DNA of 64,000 bases from a bacterium (GTDB lineage: Bacteria > UBA8248). The notes beneath the pieces were generated by a model. That model was not told the DNA's origin. It worked only from the letters and a program-made list of their open reading frames with translations, and did no database searches. Position numbers and translations under genes: made by a program. Positions 1-9,300 of this stretch are shown here, in pieces. The stretch covers positions 2,112,001 to 2,176,000 of the forward strand of contig OZ241875.1 in assembly GCA_965203325.1 (NCBI GenBank). Reading direction: 5' to 3'. Position 1 is the first letter of the stretch. Every line of letters begins with the position of its first letter.

Positions 1-1579
1 TGCCGACCGGAACGACCTTCCCCTCCCCGGTCAGCGACAGGATGGGCTTCACCCCCAGCATGCCACCGAACCAGGCCTGGCCCTTCCCCACCCTCCCCGA
101 GTGCAGCAGGCGGTCGAAAGTGTCCACGGTGGCGAAAATGCCGGACTGCTCGCGCACGCGGGAGAGTTCGGCCAGGATATCGTCGGCGTTCATCCCGCTT
201 TCCGCCAGTTCCGCCGCCTTCAGCACGAGCAGCCCCTCGAGAATCGACACGCCGCAGGAGTCGAACAGGTGTACCGGCACCTTGTCGAAGGTTCGCGCCG
301 CCGCTTCCGCAGAACCGAAGGTGCCGGACACGCCGCTTCCCAGCACGACGCCCAGGATCTGGTCGCCGTCCTCGGCGGCCCGCGCGAAGCCGTCCACGAA
401 GGCCTGCGGCGGAGGCTGCGAGGTTGTGGGCAGTTCTCCGCTGGCGTCGTGCATCTTCTCGTGGAATTCCTCCGCGGTGATGTCGATGCCGTCACGCAGG
501 GGGCGGCCCCCGTCCACCAGCACGGCCGGGACAACGTGGATGCCGTGGGCGCGGATGGTGTCTTCGGGGAGATCGTTGCCGCTGTCGGTCACGATCGCGA
601 TGGGACGCCGCACCAAGGACTGAAGGCCGCCCCCGCCGTGGCGCGCCGCCGCGTGCTGGGCGCGCATGTCCTCGGCTTTCTTCGTGGCGAGCCTGCCCAG
701 CGTGCGCAGGTAGGAAAAGACTTCGTCAGGACCGTCCGTATGCACGTGCACCTTGAGCAGGGTATCGGAGCTGACCACGATTATGGAATCGCCATGGCGC
801 CGCAGTTCCTCGCGCACGACCGCGGCCGCCGGCAGCCCCTCGCCGCGCACCAGCGCCTCGGTGCAGTAGCGGTACTGCTCCTCATCCTCGGGATACTCGA
901 ACCCGGCGACGCTCGCCGGGACCTGCGCGTAATCCGTCTCGTCTCCGGAGGCGACGAGCGGGTCCCCGTTGATGAGCAGGAGCACGCCCTCCAGCATGTG
1001 CACGAAACCGCGGCCGCCGGCGTCCACCACCCCCGCCGACTTGAGCACCGGCAGCAGCGTGGGCGTGCGATCGAGCGACTCGCGCGCGGCGTCCACCAGC
1101 CGGTCGACGCAGGGGACGAAGTCCGTGGCGGAACTCTCCTTCGCGGCGTTCGCGGTGTCCCGTATGACGGTCAGAATGGTGCCCTCGACCGGGTTGTCGA
1201 GCGCGTTGTAGAGGTTGTCGATGCCCCCGCCCAGCGCCTCCGCGAACCCGCGCGGACCCACGCGCTCGCGTCCTTTCAGGTGGGTCGCGAAGCCCAGCAG
1301 GAAGTGCGACAGCATCATCCCGCTGTTGCCGCGCGCTCCCAGCAGCGCCGCTTCGGCTGCATCGTCCGCGACGGCGGAAACTGCCCTGTCGCGGTTGCGC
1401 CGCAGGCGGTCCGCGATGGCCTCCACGGTGAGGCCCATGTTGGTGCCGGTGTCTCCGTCAGGCACCGGAAAGACGTTAATGCGGTTCAATTCCTGCCGCT
1501 GCTGGCGGGTATACTCGCAGGCGGCGACCAGAGACCGGCGCAGGCGCGGTCCATCCAGGTAGGCGATGTGAGCACTCAT
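1..1579 (-). CDS. DAK2 (FakA-like) + DegV (FakB-like) fusion protein, 3'-truncated by the window edge
   Basis: Not in the ORF track because it has no stop. Manual translation from ATG at 1579 gives ELNRINVFPVPDGDTGTNM, GARGNSG, VVDAGG, YCTE, KVHVHT (DAK2), then IAIVTDSGNDLP and, near position 1, SGRVG...GVKPIL (DegV), all in one frame. Confidence 0.92.
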   Translation of the reverse strand, partial: MSAHIAYLDGPRLRRSLVAACEYTRQQRQELNRINVFPVPDGDTGTNMGLTVEAIADRLRRNRDRAVSAVADDAAEAALLGARGNSGMMLSHFLLGFATHLKGRERVGPRGFAEALGGGIDNLYNALDNPVEGTILTVIRDTANAAKESSATDFVPCVDRLVDAARESLDRTPTLLPVLKSAGVVDAGGRGFVHMLEGVLLLINGDPLVASGDETDYAQVPASVAGFEYPEDEEQYRYCTEALVRGEGLPAAAVVREELRRHGDSIIVVSSDTLLKVHVHTDGPDEVFSYLRTLGRLATKKAEDMRAQHAAARHGGGGLQSLVRRPIAIVTDSGNDLPEDTIRAHGIHVVPAVLVDGGRPLRDGIDITAEEFHEKMHDASGELPTTSQPPPQAFVDGFARAAEDGDQILGVVLGSGVSGTFGSAEAAARTFDKVPVHLFDSCGVSILEGLLVLKAAELAESGMNADDILAELSRVREQSGIFATVDTFDRLLHSGRVGKGQAWFGGMLGVKPILSLTGEGKVVPVG

Positions 1580-1892
1580 CGGCGCCTCCCGGTCGGCGCA
1601 CCGGAGGACAGCCGGGACCACGAACCCTCGGCAGCGCCCGCGAGTCCGTTCCCTGCCCGGCAGGACCTCCAGGCTGGTGGTACACCACCCGGCGCGAATC
1701 GTCGTGACAAACTTCTCACTGATGCCCCCTCTCGCCATTTCGCGAGCCAGCGCCTCGTGATCGCAGCGGTCCGGAACATGCTCCGCTCCCAGCCGGTCCG
1801 CGTCCGTGGATAACGCAACATACCAGACGCAGGTTCGCCCGTATATGGCCGTACGCCCCATGCCCCGGCATGCGCGTACCAAATCGCGCCAC

Positions 1893-2120
1893 CTAAGGAC
1901 CGGGATAGGCCTCGGGCGGTCTGGCGTCGTCCGGCGATCTCTTTGATTTTACTCGCTTTCTGGTGACGATGGAATCGTCCTTGAGCCGCGCGATGGGGTC
2001 TTCCTCATCGTCCCCGCGCCCGTAGGCGTTGCCCTTCTCGAACGCGAGCCTGCCGAAGAGACGGTTCAGGTTGTTGCGCGCGACCTCCTCGTCTTCGGCC
2101 TCATTCCTGCGTTTCTTCAT
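1893..2120 (-). CDS. small charged hypothetical protein (75 aa, MKKRRNEAEDEE...)
   Basis: ATG at 2120 with a purine-rich RBS (GGAGAGGG), directly downstream of and co-oriented with the MBL gene. No recognisable family. Confidence 0.5.
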   Translation of the reverse strand: MKKRRNEAEDEEVARNNLNRLFGRLAFEKGNAYGRGDDEEDPIARLKDDSIVTRKRVKSKRSPDDARPPEAYPGP

Positions 2121-2160
2121 GTCTGCCCTCTCCCCTGTTTCGCCGAGTAAAGTCAATAGT

Positions 2161-3267
2161 TTACAGGAATCGCCACCGCTCGCCCACCGCCATGATCCTG
2201 ATGCGCGAGGCGTCCGCGCCCGTCTCGGCCATGTGCTGCTTGAGCACCCTGGGCGGATGGTCGAGCGGTTCATCCGTGAGGTCGAACGTACCCCAGTGCA
2301 TGGGGATCATCCGGCGCGCGCCCAGATCGTGAAACGCCCGAAGCCCCTCGGCGGGGTTCATGTGGGAATAGCGCATCATCCAGCGGGGCTCGTACGCGCC
2401 GATGGGGAGCATCGCCACGTCGATGGGGCCGAATTTGCGGCCGAACTCCCGAAACCCTTGAAAATAACCGCTGTCGCCGCCGTGATAATACTTCCGCCCG
2501 CCGGTCTCGACCAACCACGAACACCAAAGCGTGGAGTCCCGCGCCATCCCGAAACGGTTCGACCAATGCTGCGCGGGCAGGCAGGTCAAGCGGGCGCCGC
2601 CGTGCTCGGCACTCCGCCACCAGTCGAGTTCCACGGCGCGCCGGCCGAGCGATTCCACGAACCCGCCCAGCCCCATCGGCACGTACCACGTGACGTCTTC
2701 GGGGAGGTTCTCAATCGTCCACGAATCGAGGTGGTCGTAATGGTTGTGGGAGATCAGCGCCGCGGCGCCTTTCGGAATCGAGGCCGCAGGCACGCCCGGC
2801 GGCTGACGGCGCCCATGCCAAAAAGCGCCCGCGCCGAAATGCGGGTCCGTCAGGATGACGTTCGGGCCGTCCTGGATGATGAAGCCGCAATGGCCGATTG
2901 AGGTGATCGAGGGTTCGCTCTGCGGTTTCGACAGATACGCGCCGTCGTTGGAAACGACTGGAACTTCCGGCGTTTTGGCGTTTTTGATCTCTGCGAACTC
3001 GTTGCGGTACAGGAACTTCCATTTGTACAGATTGACCCGCGAGCCCGGATTCGGCCACCAGGGGTTGAACCACTTGCCCGGCCCCCCGTGCGGCAAATAC
3101 AGGGAAGCCGCCTCGCGCGAGACGAGGCCTTGCGCTTCGGGAGGCGGCGCCGCCGGCCCCTTGATGCCCAGACCCATCTTCGCGCACCCTCCCGCCAGCC
3201 CCAGGGCGCCGAGACCTGCGAGACCGGCGCGCTTGAGAAATTTCCGTCTGCCGATTTTCGGTTTCAT
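2161..3267 (-). CDS. MBL-fold metallo-hydrolase (NAPE-PLD/RomA-like), predicted Tat lipoprotein
   Basis: HNHYDH metal motif, PAQHWSNR, GGDSGY, PIGAYEPRW, PMHWGTF. N-terminus has RRKFLK twin-arginine and LAGGC lipobox-like sequence. Confidence 0.9.
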   Translation of the reverse strand: MKPKIGRRKFLKRAGLAGLGALGLAGGCAKMGLGIKGPAAPPPEAQGLVSREAASLYLPHGGPGKWFNPWWPNPGSRVNLYKWKFLYRNEFAEIKNAKTPEVPVVSNDGAYLSKPQSEPSITSIGHCGFIIQDGPNVILTDPHFGAGAFWHGRRQPPGVPAASIPKGAAALISHNHYDHLDSWTIENLPEDVTWYVPMGLGGFVESLGRRAVELDWWRSAEHGGARLTCLPAQHWSNRFGMARDSTLWCSWLVETGGRKYYHGGDSGYFQGFREFGRKFGPIDVAMLPIGAYEPRWMMRYSHMNPAEGLRAFHDLGARRMIPMHWGTFDLTDEPLDHPPRVLKQHMAETGADASRIRIMAVGERWRFL

Positions 3268-3321
3268 CGCAATCCACGCGGCGGCGGTTTCAGACTGCCT
3301 CCAGACTCAACGAAAAGTATA

Positions 3322-4194
3322 TCAGCCCAAAGACGTATACCACCCCGCAATCGCCCGGCCCATATCATCGGGCGAGTCCTCATGGCAGTAGTGCAGCCCG
3401 GCCACCGTCACCTCCTTCACGTTCGGCCAACTGCGAATCATCCTGCGGTGTTCCCCCACGAGCACGGCGCCGGGGTCTGAATTGATGAACAGTTTCGGCA
3501 CGGGGTGTTGCTCCAGCCAGGCGTTGTTGCGCTCGATGATTTCGAGCACGTCCGCGGGTTCACCCTCGATGGGAATCTCGCGCGGCCAGGTGAGGGTGGG
3601 CCTTCGATCCTCGCCGGGATTGCGATATGGCCTCCGGTATTCGTCGTGAATTTCCCGAGATACCTCGCGGATGACCATGGCGGGCAGAATCTTCTCCACA
3701 AAGAAGTTCTGCTCCAGAACGAGCTTCTCGCCCTCTCCGCTCCTGAACCTCTTGAAAAGCGCCTGTACTTCGGGCGGCCAATGGCTCCACTCGAAATCGC
3801 CTACGACGCCCTGACATATCACGACGCCCTTGAGCGCATCCTGTCGCTCCGACGCCCACGTGAAGCCCAGTTGCGCGCCCCAGTCGTGCGTCACGATGGT
3901 GACGTTCTCCGTGACCCCCAACGCATCCATGAGCGCGTTCGTGAAAGGCTGGTGATCCCTCAAGCGGTACATGGAGCCGGGGAGCTTTTCGGAATCGCCC
4001 TGGCCGATGTTGTCTATCGCGATGCAGCGGCCCAGCCCCTCGACGTGGGGAATCACGTTGCGCCACATGTAGGAGGAAGTGATGTTGCCGTGAAAAAAGA
4101 CTATCGGGTCCCCCTCGCCCGCCTCGACGTAGGCCATCTTCCGGCCCAGGACTTCCGCGAATTTTTTCTCATACCTCATTCGAGGCTCTATCAT
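3322..4194 (-). CDS. haloalkane dehalogenase family (LinB/DhaA-like) alpha/beta hydrolase
   Basis: HGNxTSSYxWRN, HDWG nucleophile, RRPTLTWPREIP, GLHYxxEDSP. Start chosen at ATG 4194 behind a GAGGTG RBS. Confidence 0.92.
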   Translation of the reverse strand: MIEPRMRYEKKFAEVLGRKMAYVEAGEGDPIVFFHGNITSSYMWRNVIPHVEGLGRCIAIDNIGQGDSEKLPGSMYRLRDHQPFTNALMDALGVTENVTIVTHDWGAQLGFTWASERQDALKGVVICQGVVGDFEWSHWPPEVQALFKRFRSGEGEKLVLEQNFFVEKILPAMVIREVSREIHDEYRRPYRNPGEDRRPTLTWPREIPIEGEPADVLEIIERNNAWLEQHPVPKLFINSDPGAVLVGEHRRMIRSWPNVKEVTVAGLHYCHEDSPDDMGRAIAGWYTSLG

Positions 4195-4216
4195 CGCCAC
4201 CTCATTTGAATCTGTT

Positions 4217-5263
4217 CTATTCACCTACCCGCAAGACCAGCTTGCCGCGCACGTGGCCCTCTTCCAGGAGCGTGTGGGCGGCGGCGATGTTCTGCGCGTT
4301 CATGACGCCCATGTCGGTGGTCTGCGGCGCCTTGATCTCCCCCGCCTCCACCCAGTCGCGGATTTCTTCGAGCGCTTTCTTGTAGACGCCGTAATAGGCG
4401 GGGCCGCCCCCGCGCACGGGGGCGCGCAGGAAGGTGCCGTGAAACGAAGCCGACTTGGTGAACAGAGGGCCCTCCTGGGATGAGAAAAACTCGTCGATGG
4501 GCGCGCCCGGCTCGGGCGCAATGGAGGAGATTCGCCCCCAGTAGTCCACCACCTCGCAGCAGAGTTTCTTCATCTCGCGGCCCACGAAATCGAACGTGGC
4601 CGGATATAGACGGCCTCCGTTCATCTCCACCGCCTTATCAGCCAACTCATCGAGCGAGAGCCCGGCATACCTGAGCACGCCGACGGGGACGGGTGCGAGC
4701 AAATCCTCGATGTATCCGGCACTCTCATCGCTTCCCGCCGTCACGACGATGGGAGAAGCCCCGATGCGCGCGAGCATCTGGAGCCCCATGGTCCCGACGC
4801 CGCCCGAACCGCCCGCCACGAATACCGCTTCTCCCGCCTCCACCCTCGCCTTCATGATCACCGCCTCATGCGCGGTCAACGAGACGAGCGGCAGCGCGGC
4901 CGCCTGCTCGAAAGTGGCATTCCCGGGCTTTTTCACGACGAACGCCTGGTGGATGCACACGAACTGCGCGTATCCATCCCCGCCGCTGTCGCCGAACCTC
5001 GGGAGATAGGCCATCACCTCATCGCCGGGGGAGAACTCCGCCACATTTTCGCCCACCGATTCGACCACGCCCGCGGTATCCCGGCCCAGGATGATGGGCA
5101 CCGCGCCCTGGTTGCCGCCTCGCCTGGCCTTGAAATCGGTCGGGTTCACGGAGACCGCCTTCGCCCGGATTTTCACCTGGTCGGCATCGGGTTCTCTCTC
5201 GGGCCATTCGGCGTCCTCGAAATTCTCCACACCTCCGAACTCCGTCAATACGACTGCTTGCAT
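4217..5263 (-). CDS. zinc-independent NAD(P)H quinone oxidoreductase-like (MDR family)
   Basis: SVNPTD, LGRDTAGVV, AGGSGGVG nucleotide-binding loop, GHVRGKLVL C-terminus. ATG 5263 with AGGAG RBS. Confidence 0.88.
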   Translation of the reverse strand: MQAVVLTEFGGVENFEDAEWPEREPDADQVKIRAKAVSVNPTDFKARRGGNQGAVPIILGRDTAGVVESVGENVAEFSPGDEVMAYLPRFGDSGGDGYAQFVCIHQAFVVKKPGNATFEQAAALPLVSLTAHEAVIMKARVEAGEAVFVAGGSGGVGTMGLQMLARIGASPIVVTAGSDESAGYIEDLLAPVPVGVLRYAGLSLDELADKAVEMNGGRLYPATFDFVGREMKKLCCEVVDYWGRISSIAPEPGAPIDEFFSSQEGPLFTKSASFHGTFLRAPVRGGGPAYYGVYKKALEEIRDWVEAGEIKAPQTTDMGVMNAQNIAAAHTLLEEGHVRGKLVLRVGE

Positions 5264-5276
5264 TTTCGCTCCTTTG

Positions 5277-6068
5277 CTAAACCATCCAGGCCCCGCCTGC
5301 GACGACCATTCCCTGTCCGGTGACGTTTCTGCTCTCATCGCTCGCAAGATAGACCGCCATGTGGCCCACGTCGTCCGGCGTCTGTTCGCGCCCCAGGGGA
5401 ACCGTCGCCTCGACATACTCGTCGAAAACCCGTCTCGCGGACCTGTCCGTATCCGCGCCGATGATGACGCCGTGGCCCTTCTCCCAGATGTTCGTCCACA
5501 AAAGACCCGGGTTGATCGCGTTTACGTTCACGTTGTAGGGAGCCATCTCCCTGGCGAAGCTCATGGTGAAGTTCATGCACGCCGCCTTGGACGCGGAATA
5601 ATGCGGCACGTCCGCGTTCGCGCGCCTCGCGGCGAGCGAGGCCAGATTGATGATTTTCCCGTACCCCCGCTCGCGCATGTGGGGAGCAATCGCCCGGCAC
5701 ATCAGAAAAACGCCCGCCGCGTTGACTGCGAACACGGCGTTCCATTCATCCAGCGTTATCCGGTCGATGGGCCTTCCCACGAGCGCGGCCCCCCTGCCGT
5801 GGCAGTTCACCAGAATGTCGACATGCCCCATCCGCTCGACCGCCGTCCGGGCGATGCTCTCGGCGTCCGCCTCGCTCGACACGTCCGCCGCTAGGGCGAA
5901 ATGCGCCCCTTCGCCCGCGTCGTCGAGTCCTCCTTGAGTCGCCTCGTCACTCAAGTCGACCACGCAAATTTGCGCGCCCTCCCGGGAGAAAGCGCGGACG
6001 ATGGCCCGGCCGATTCCACCGCCGCCGCCCGTGACGACCGCCTTCTTCCCTTCCAGGCGCATTCGCAT
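5277..6068 (-). CDS. short-chain dehydrogenase/reductase (tandem paralog 1)
   Basis: TGGGGGIG, YSASK, NAINPG, VTGQ. Start at 6068 or 6062. Confidence 0.93.
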   Translation of the reverse strand: MRMRLEGKKAVVTGGGGGIGRAIVRAFSREGAQICVVDLSDEATQGGLDDAGEGAHFALAADVSSEADAESIARTAVERMGHVDILVNCHGRGAALVGRPIDRITLDEWNAVFAVNAAGVFLMCRAIAPHMRERGYGKIINLASLAARRANADVPHYSASKAACMNFTMSFAREMAPYNVNVNAINPGLLWTNIWEKGHGVIIGADTDRSARRVFDEYVEATVPLGREQTPDDVGHMAVYLASDESRNVTGQGMVVAGGAWMV

Positions 6069-6123
6069 TCCTCCCTGCAGGAAACCTGGACTCATGACAC
6101 CGGGGTTGTTTCGTTCGACCTGC

Positions 6124-6915
6124 CTAGGCCATCCAGGCCCCGCCTGCGAGGAGCAGGCCCTGCCCCGTGACGTTTTTGCTCTCATCGCTCGCGAGATAAA
6201 CCGCCATGTGGCCCACGTCGTCGGGCGTCTGTTCGCGGCCCAGGGGAACCGCCGCCTGGACGAACTCGTCGAACACCTGTCTCGCGGGCCGGTCCGTCTC
6301 CGCCCCGATGATGACGCCGTGGCCCTTTTCCCAGAGATTCGTCCACAACAGACCCGGGTTGATCGCGTTCACGTTCACGCTGTAGGGGGCCATCTCCTTG
6401 GCGAGACTCATGGTGAAGTTCATGCACGCCGCCTTGGAGGCGCAGTAATGCGGCACGTTTTCGTTCGCGCGCCTCGAGGCGAGCGAGGCCAGGTTGATGA
6501 TTTTCCCGTATCTGCGTTCGCGCATGTGGAAGGCGATGGCGCGGCACATCAGGAACACGCCCGTCGCGTTCACGCTGAAAACGGCGTTCCATTCCTCGAG
6601 CGTTATGTTATCGATGGGGTTTCCCATGAGCGCCGACGCCCTGCCGTGGCAGTTCACGAGTATGTCGATATGCCCCATCCGCCCGATGGCGGTGCCTATG
6701 ATGTTCTCCACTTCTGACTCGCTCGTCACGTCCGCCGCCAGGGCGAAGTGCTCCCCCTCGCCGGCGTCGTCGAGCCCCTGCCCAGCTACTTCGTCACTGA
6801 CGTCGACCACGCAAATCCGCGCGCCCTCGCGGGCGAACGCCCGGATGATGCCCCGACCGATTCCGCCGCCGCCGCCCGTGACGACCGCTGTTTTTCCCTC
6901 CAAACGCATTCGCAT
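6124..6915 (-). CDS. short-chain dehydrogenase/reductase (tandem paralog 2)
   Basis: TGGGGGIG, YCASK, NAINPG. Aligns without gaps to the downstream SDR. Confidence 0.93.
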   Translation of the reverse strand: MRMRLEGKTAVVTGGGGGIGRGIIRAFAREGARICVVDVSDEVAGQGLDDAGEGEHFALAADVTSESEVENIIGTAIGRMGHIDILVNCHGRASALMGNPIDNITLEEWNAVFSVNATGVFLMCRAIAFHMRERRYGKIINLASLASRRANENVPHYCASKAACMNFTMSLAKEMAPYSVNVNAINPGLLWTNLWEKGHGVIIGAETDRPARQVFDEFVQAAVPLGREQTPDDVGHMAVYLASDESKNVTGQGLLLAGGAWMA

Positions 6916-7185
6916 CCCTCCTTGATGAAACGCCACTTATTGAACGGAGAAAACCGCTCACACACCCTTCGAGACTGAAACGAGATATTCCTTCCTGAAA
7001 CACGATGTCCGCCGATTCTAGCAAGATTCGAACGGGGTGAGTATCTCCTGACCCCAACGCCTGAAACTCAACCTCGGGGAGTTTCCCCCGCACGGGGAGA
7101 ATGGTATTCTCCCCCCGTTTCGAAACCCTTTACACAACGACCGCAGACGTCGTCAGGACGTCCCTCAAAACGACAGGAGCATGAA

Positions 7186-7620
7186 ATGTCTCTGATCAAA
7201 ATGGCGAAAGAATCCATCGACATCGGCATCGTGGTGAAAGACCTCGACGTCGCCGAGAAATTCTATGGCGGCGTGCTGGGCCTTCCGATCGTGCGCGAAG
7301 TCGAGATTACTGCGGATAAGGCCTCACAAGCCGGCTGCGCCTCGGGCAGGTTCGAGTTCAAGGCGTTTCAGGCCGGCGAGGTGCAACTCAAGGTCGTCCA
7401 GGCGGATTCGGACCCGCCAGCAGGCGGCGGAATCGTGGACGCCTCGACGGGATACCGGTACCTCACGTTCACCGTGGAGAGCGTCCAGGATGCGCACGAC
7501 GCACTCGTGGCGGCGGGCGTGAAGATGATGGGCGAAATCACCGAGGTCGTGCCGGGCCGATTTATCATCTTCTTCCAGGACCCCGACGGAAATATGCTGG
7601 AGTGCGTCGGCCCCAGATAG
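7186..7620 (+). CDS. VOC/glyoxalase family protein
   Basis: IGIVVKDL..A.KFY..VLGL N-terminus and FFQDPDGNMLE C-terminus. AGGAG RBS. Confidence 0.9.
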   Translation: MSLIKMAKESIDIGIVVKDLDVAEKFYGGVLGLPIVREVEITADKASQAGCASGRFEFKAFQAGEVQLKVVQADSDPPAGGGIVDASTGYRYLTFTVESVQDAHDALVAAGVKMMGEITEVVPGRFIIFFQDPDGNMLECVGPR

Positions 7621-7710
7621 GTCTTGTACGCGCGGGTATCCCGCCCATTTTGAAACAAGACGCAGGCGCGCCCCCGGGCAATCGCCTTGCTGCCCAGCCG
7701 GAGTATCGAG

Positions 7711-8331
7711 ATGTCCGGGTTTCTCCAGGAGTATCTGGTGGAATTCGCTTATGGCGGGGTGTTTCTCGTCCTGTTGCTCTGCGGCCTCGGCCTCCCCGTT
7801 CCTGAAGACATCCCCATCGTCACCTCGGGCTATCTCGTGCATCTGGGCGCCATGAGTTTCTGGCCCGCGCTCGGCGTGAACCTGCTGGGCATCATGCTGG
7901 GCGACCTGATGATCTACGGCTTCGGCTACTGGATGGGCCCGAAAGCGCTCGATCACCGCATGCTCCGCCCCATCTTCACGCCAAACCGGATGGAGAAAGT
8001 GAACCGCTTTTTCGATCGTCACGGAAAAAAGGCCATCTTCTTCGGCCGCTTCGTTGCGGGATTGCGCGCGCCGCTTTTTCTCGCGGCGGGAATCACCCGG
8101 CTTCCGCTTCGCGTATTCTTCGGCATGGATCTGGCTGCGGCGCTCCTGAGCGTGCCGTTGCTGCTCGCGGCGGCCTGGTATTTCGGGGATCACATCGACG
8201 AATTTCGACAGATGGTCGGAACGGGCAAGGCCGTCTTCATCCTACTCCTGGGAGCCGCGACCCTCTTGTGGGGTGGAAAATATCTGTGGCGAAAGTGGTG
8301 GTCGAAAGACTCCCGCCCCGCTTCAAGCTGA
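7711..8331 (+). CDS. DedA family membrane protein
   Basis: GLGLPVPED, GDLMIY, FFGRFVAGLR motifs plus hydrophobic helices. Confidence 0.92.
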   Translation: MSGFLQEYLVEFAYGGVFLVLLLCGLGLPVPEDIPIVTSGYLVHLGAMSFWPALGVNLLGIMLGDLMIYGFGYWMGPKALDHRMLRPIFTPNRMEKVNRFFDRHGKKAIFFGRFVAGLRAPLFLAAGITRLPLRVFFGMDLAAALLSVPLLLAAAWYFGDHIDEFRQMVGTGKAVFILLLGAATLLWGGKYLWRKWWSKDSRPASS

Positions 8332-9279
8332 GGCGCCGGCGATCGAGGAGGCCTCCGGCCCGAACACGGAGTTCGAATCGACCGCATGCGCGCCGCGCAG
8401 GTCGATTCTGAGCACATGCATCCGACACCCGATTCCGTGCGATCGATATACTTCGCGCATCGCGTTGCCCACCCTGCCGGGGTGGTTCCGGCATATCGCC
8501 AAAATACAAGGGCCCGCGCCGCTGATGCACGCTCCCAGCGCGCCTGCTTCGTAGGCGGCTCCAAATACCTCCTCCAGCGGACCCATCAACTCCGCCCGGT
8601 AGGGCTGGTGCAGCCTGTCCTGCATGGCTTCGCGGAACAACTCGTCGCGGCCGGTGGCGAACGCCGCCATGAGGACGCCGACCCTCTGGACATTGAAGAT
8701 CGCATCGCCCAAAGAAACCTCCCCGGGCAGTTTCTGTCTCGCCGCTTGGGTGCTCACTTCGAAGTCGGGGATCGCGATCACCCAGCGGTAATCCTCCACC
8801 ACGGGTATGCGCGTGTAGATGGTCTTGCCGTCCGCGGTGGTCGCCGAGATGCAGAACCCCCCAATCAGCGCGGGCACGACGTTGTCGGGGTGTCCTTCCA
8901 TCTCCACGGCGATTTGCACGAGTTCGTCCATGCCCAACGGACTGCCGAGCAGGATGTTCGCCCCCACAATTCCACCCACGATGGCGGCTGAACTGCTTCC
9001 CAACCCGCGCGCAAGCGGTATGTGATTTCGCTGCTTCATCCACAAGCCGTTGAAGGGCCGGTTCACCCGATCGAACACGCGCTTCACGGCCTGCACGCAG
9101 ACGTTCGATTCATCCTTCGGGATGACGTCGCGGCCCTCTCCTTCCACCTCGAGCGCCACGCCCCAGGGGAGGATGTCGAGTTCCATGCGATTGTAAATCC
9201 GGAGCGCGACGCCCAGAGCGTCGAACCCCGGACCCAGATTCGTCGTACTCGCGGGAACTTGCACGCGCACCAAAGCCAA
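8323..9279 (-). CDS. thrB: homoserine kinase
   Basis: VPASTTNLGPGFD, IPLARGLGSSSA (GHMP), EGHPDN, DRLHQPYR, ISGAGP. Confidence 0.96.
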   Translation of the reverse strand: MALVRVQVPASTTNLGPGFDALGVALRIYNRMELDILPWGVALEVEGEGRDVIPKDESNVCVQAVKRVFDRVNRPFNGLWMKQRNHIPLARGLGSSSAAIVGGIVGANILLGSPLGMDELVQIAVEMEGHPDNVVPALIGGFCISATTADGKTIYTRIPVVEDYRWVIAIPDFEVSTQAARQKLPGEVSLGDAIFNVQRVGVLMAAFATGRDELFREAMQDRLHQPYRAELMGPLEEVFGAAYEAGALGACISGAGPCILAICRNHPGRVGNAMREVYRSHGIGCRMHVLRIDLRGAHAVDSNSVFGPEASSIAGASA

Positions 9280-9300
9280 GACGATCTCCTCGAAACGGGC

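Noticed and set aside
101..1813. 570-aa plus-strand ORF
   Set aside because: Antisense shadow of the minus-strand DAK2-DegV gene, with no motifs of its own.
6940..7140. Repeated CTGAAAC and a GGGGAGAAT/ATTCTCCCC hairpin in a divergent intergenic region
   Set aside because: Too short and irregular to assign to a regulator or RNA family from sequence alone.
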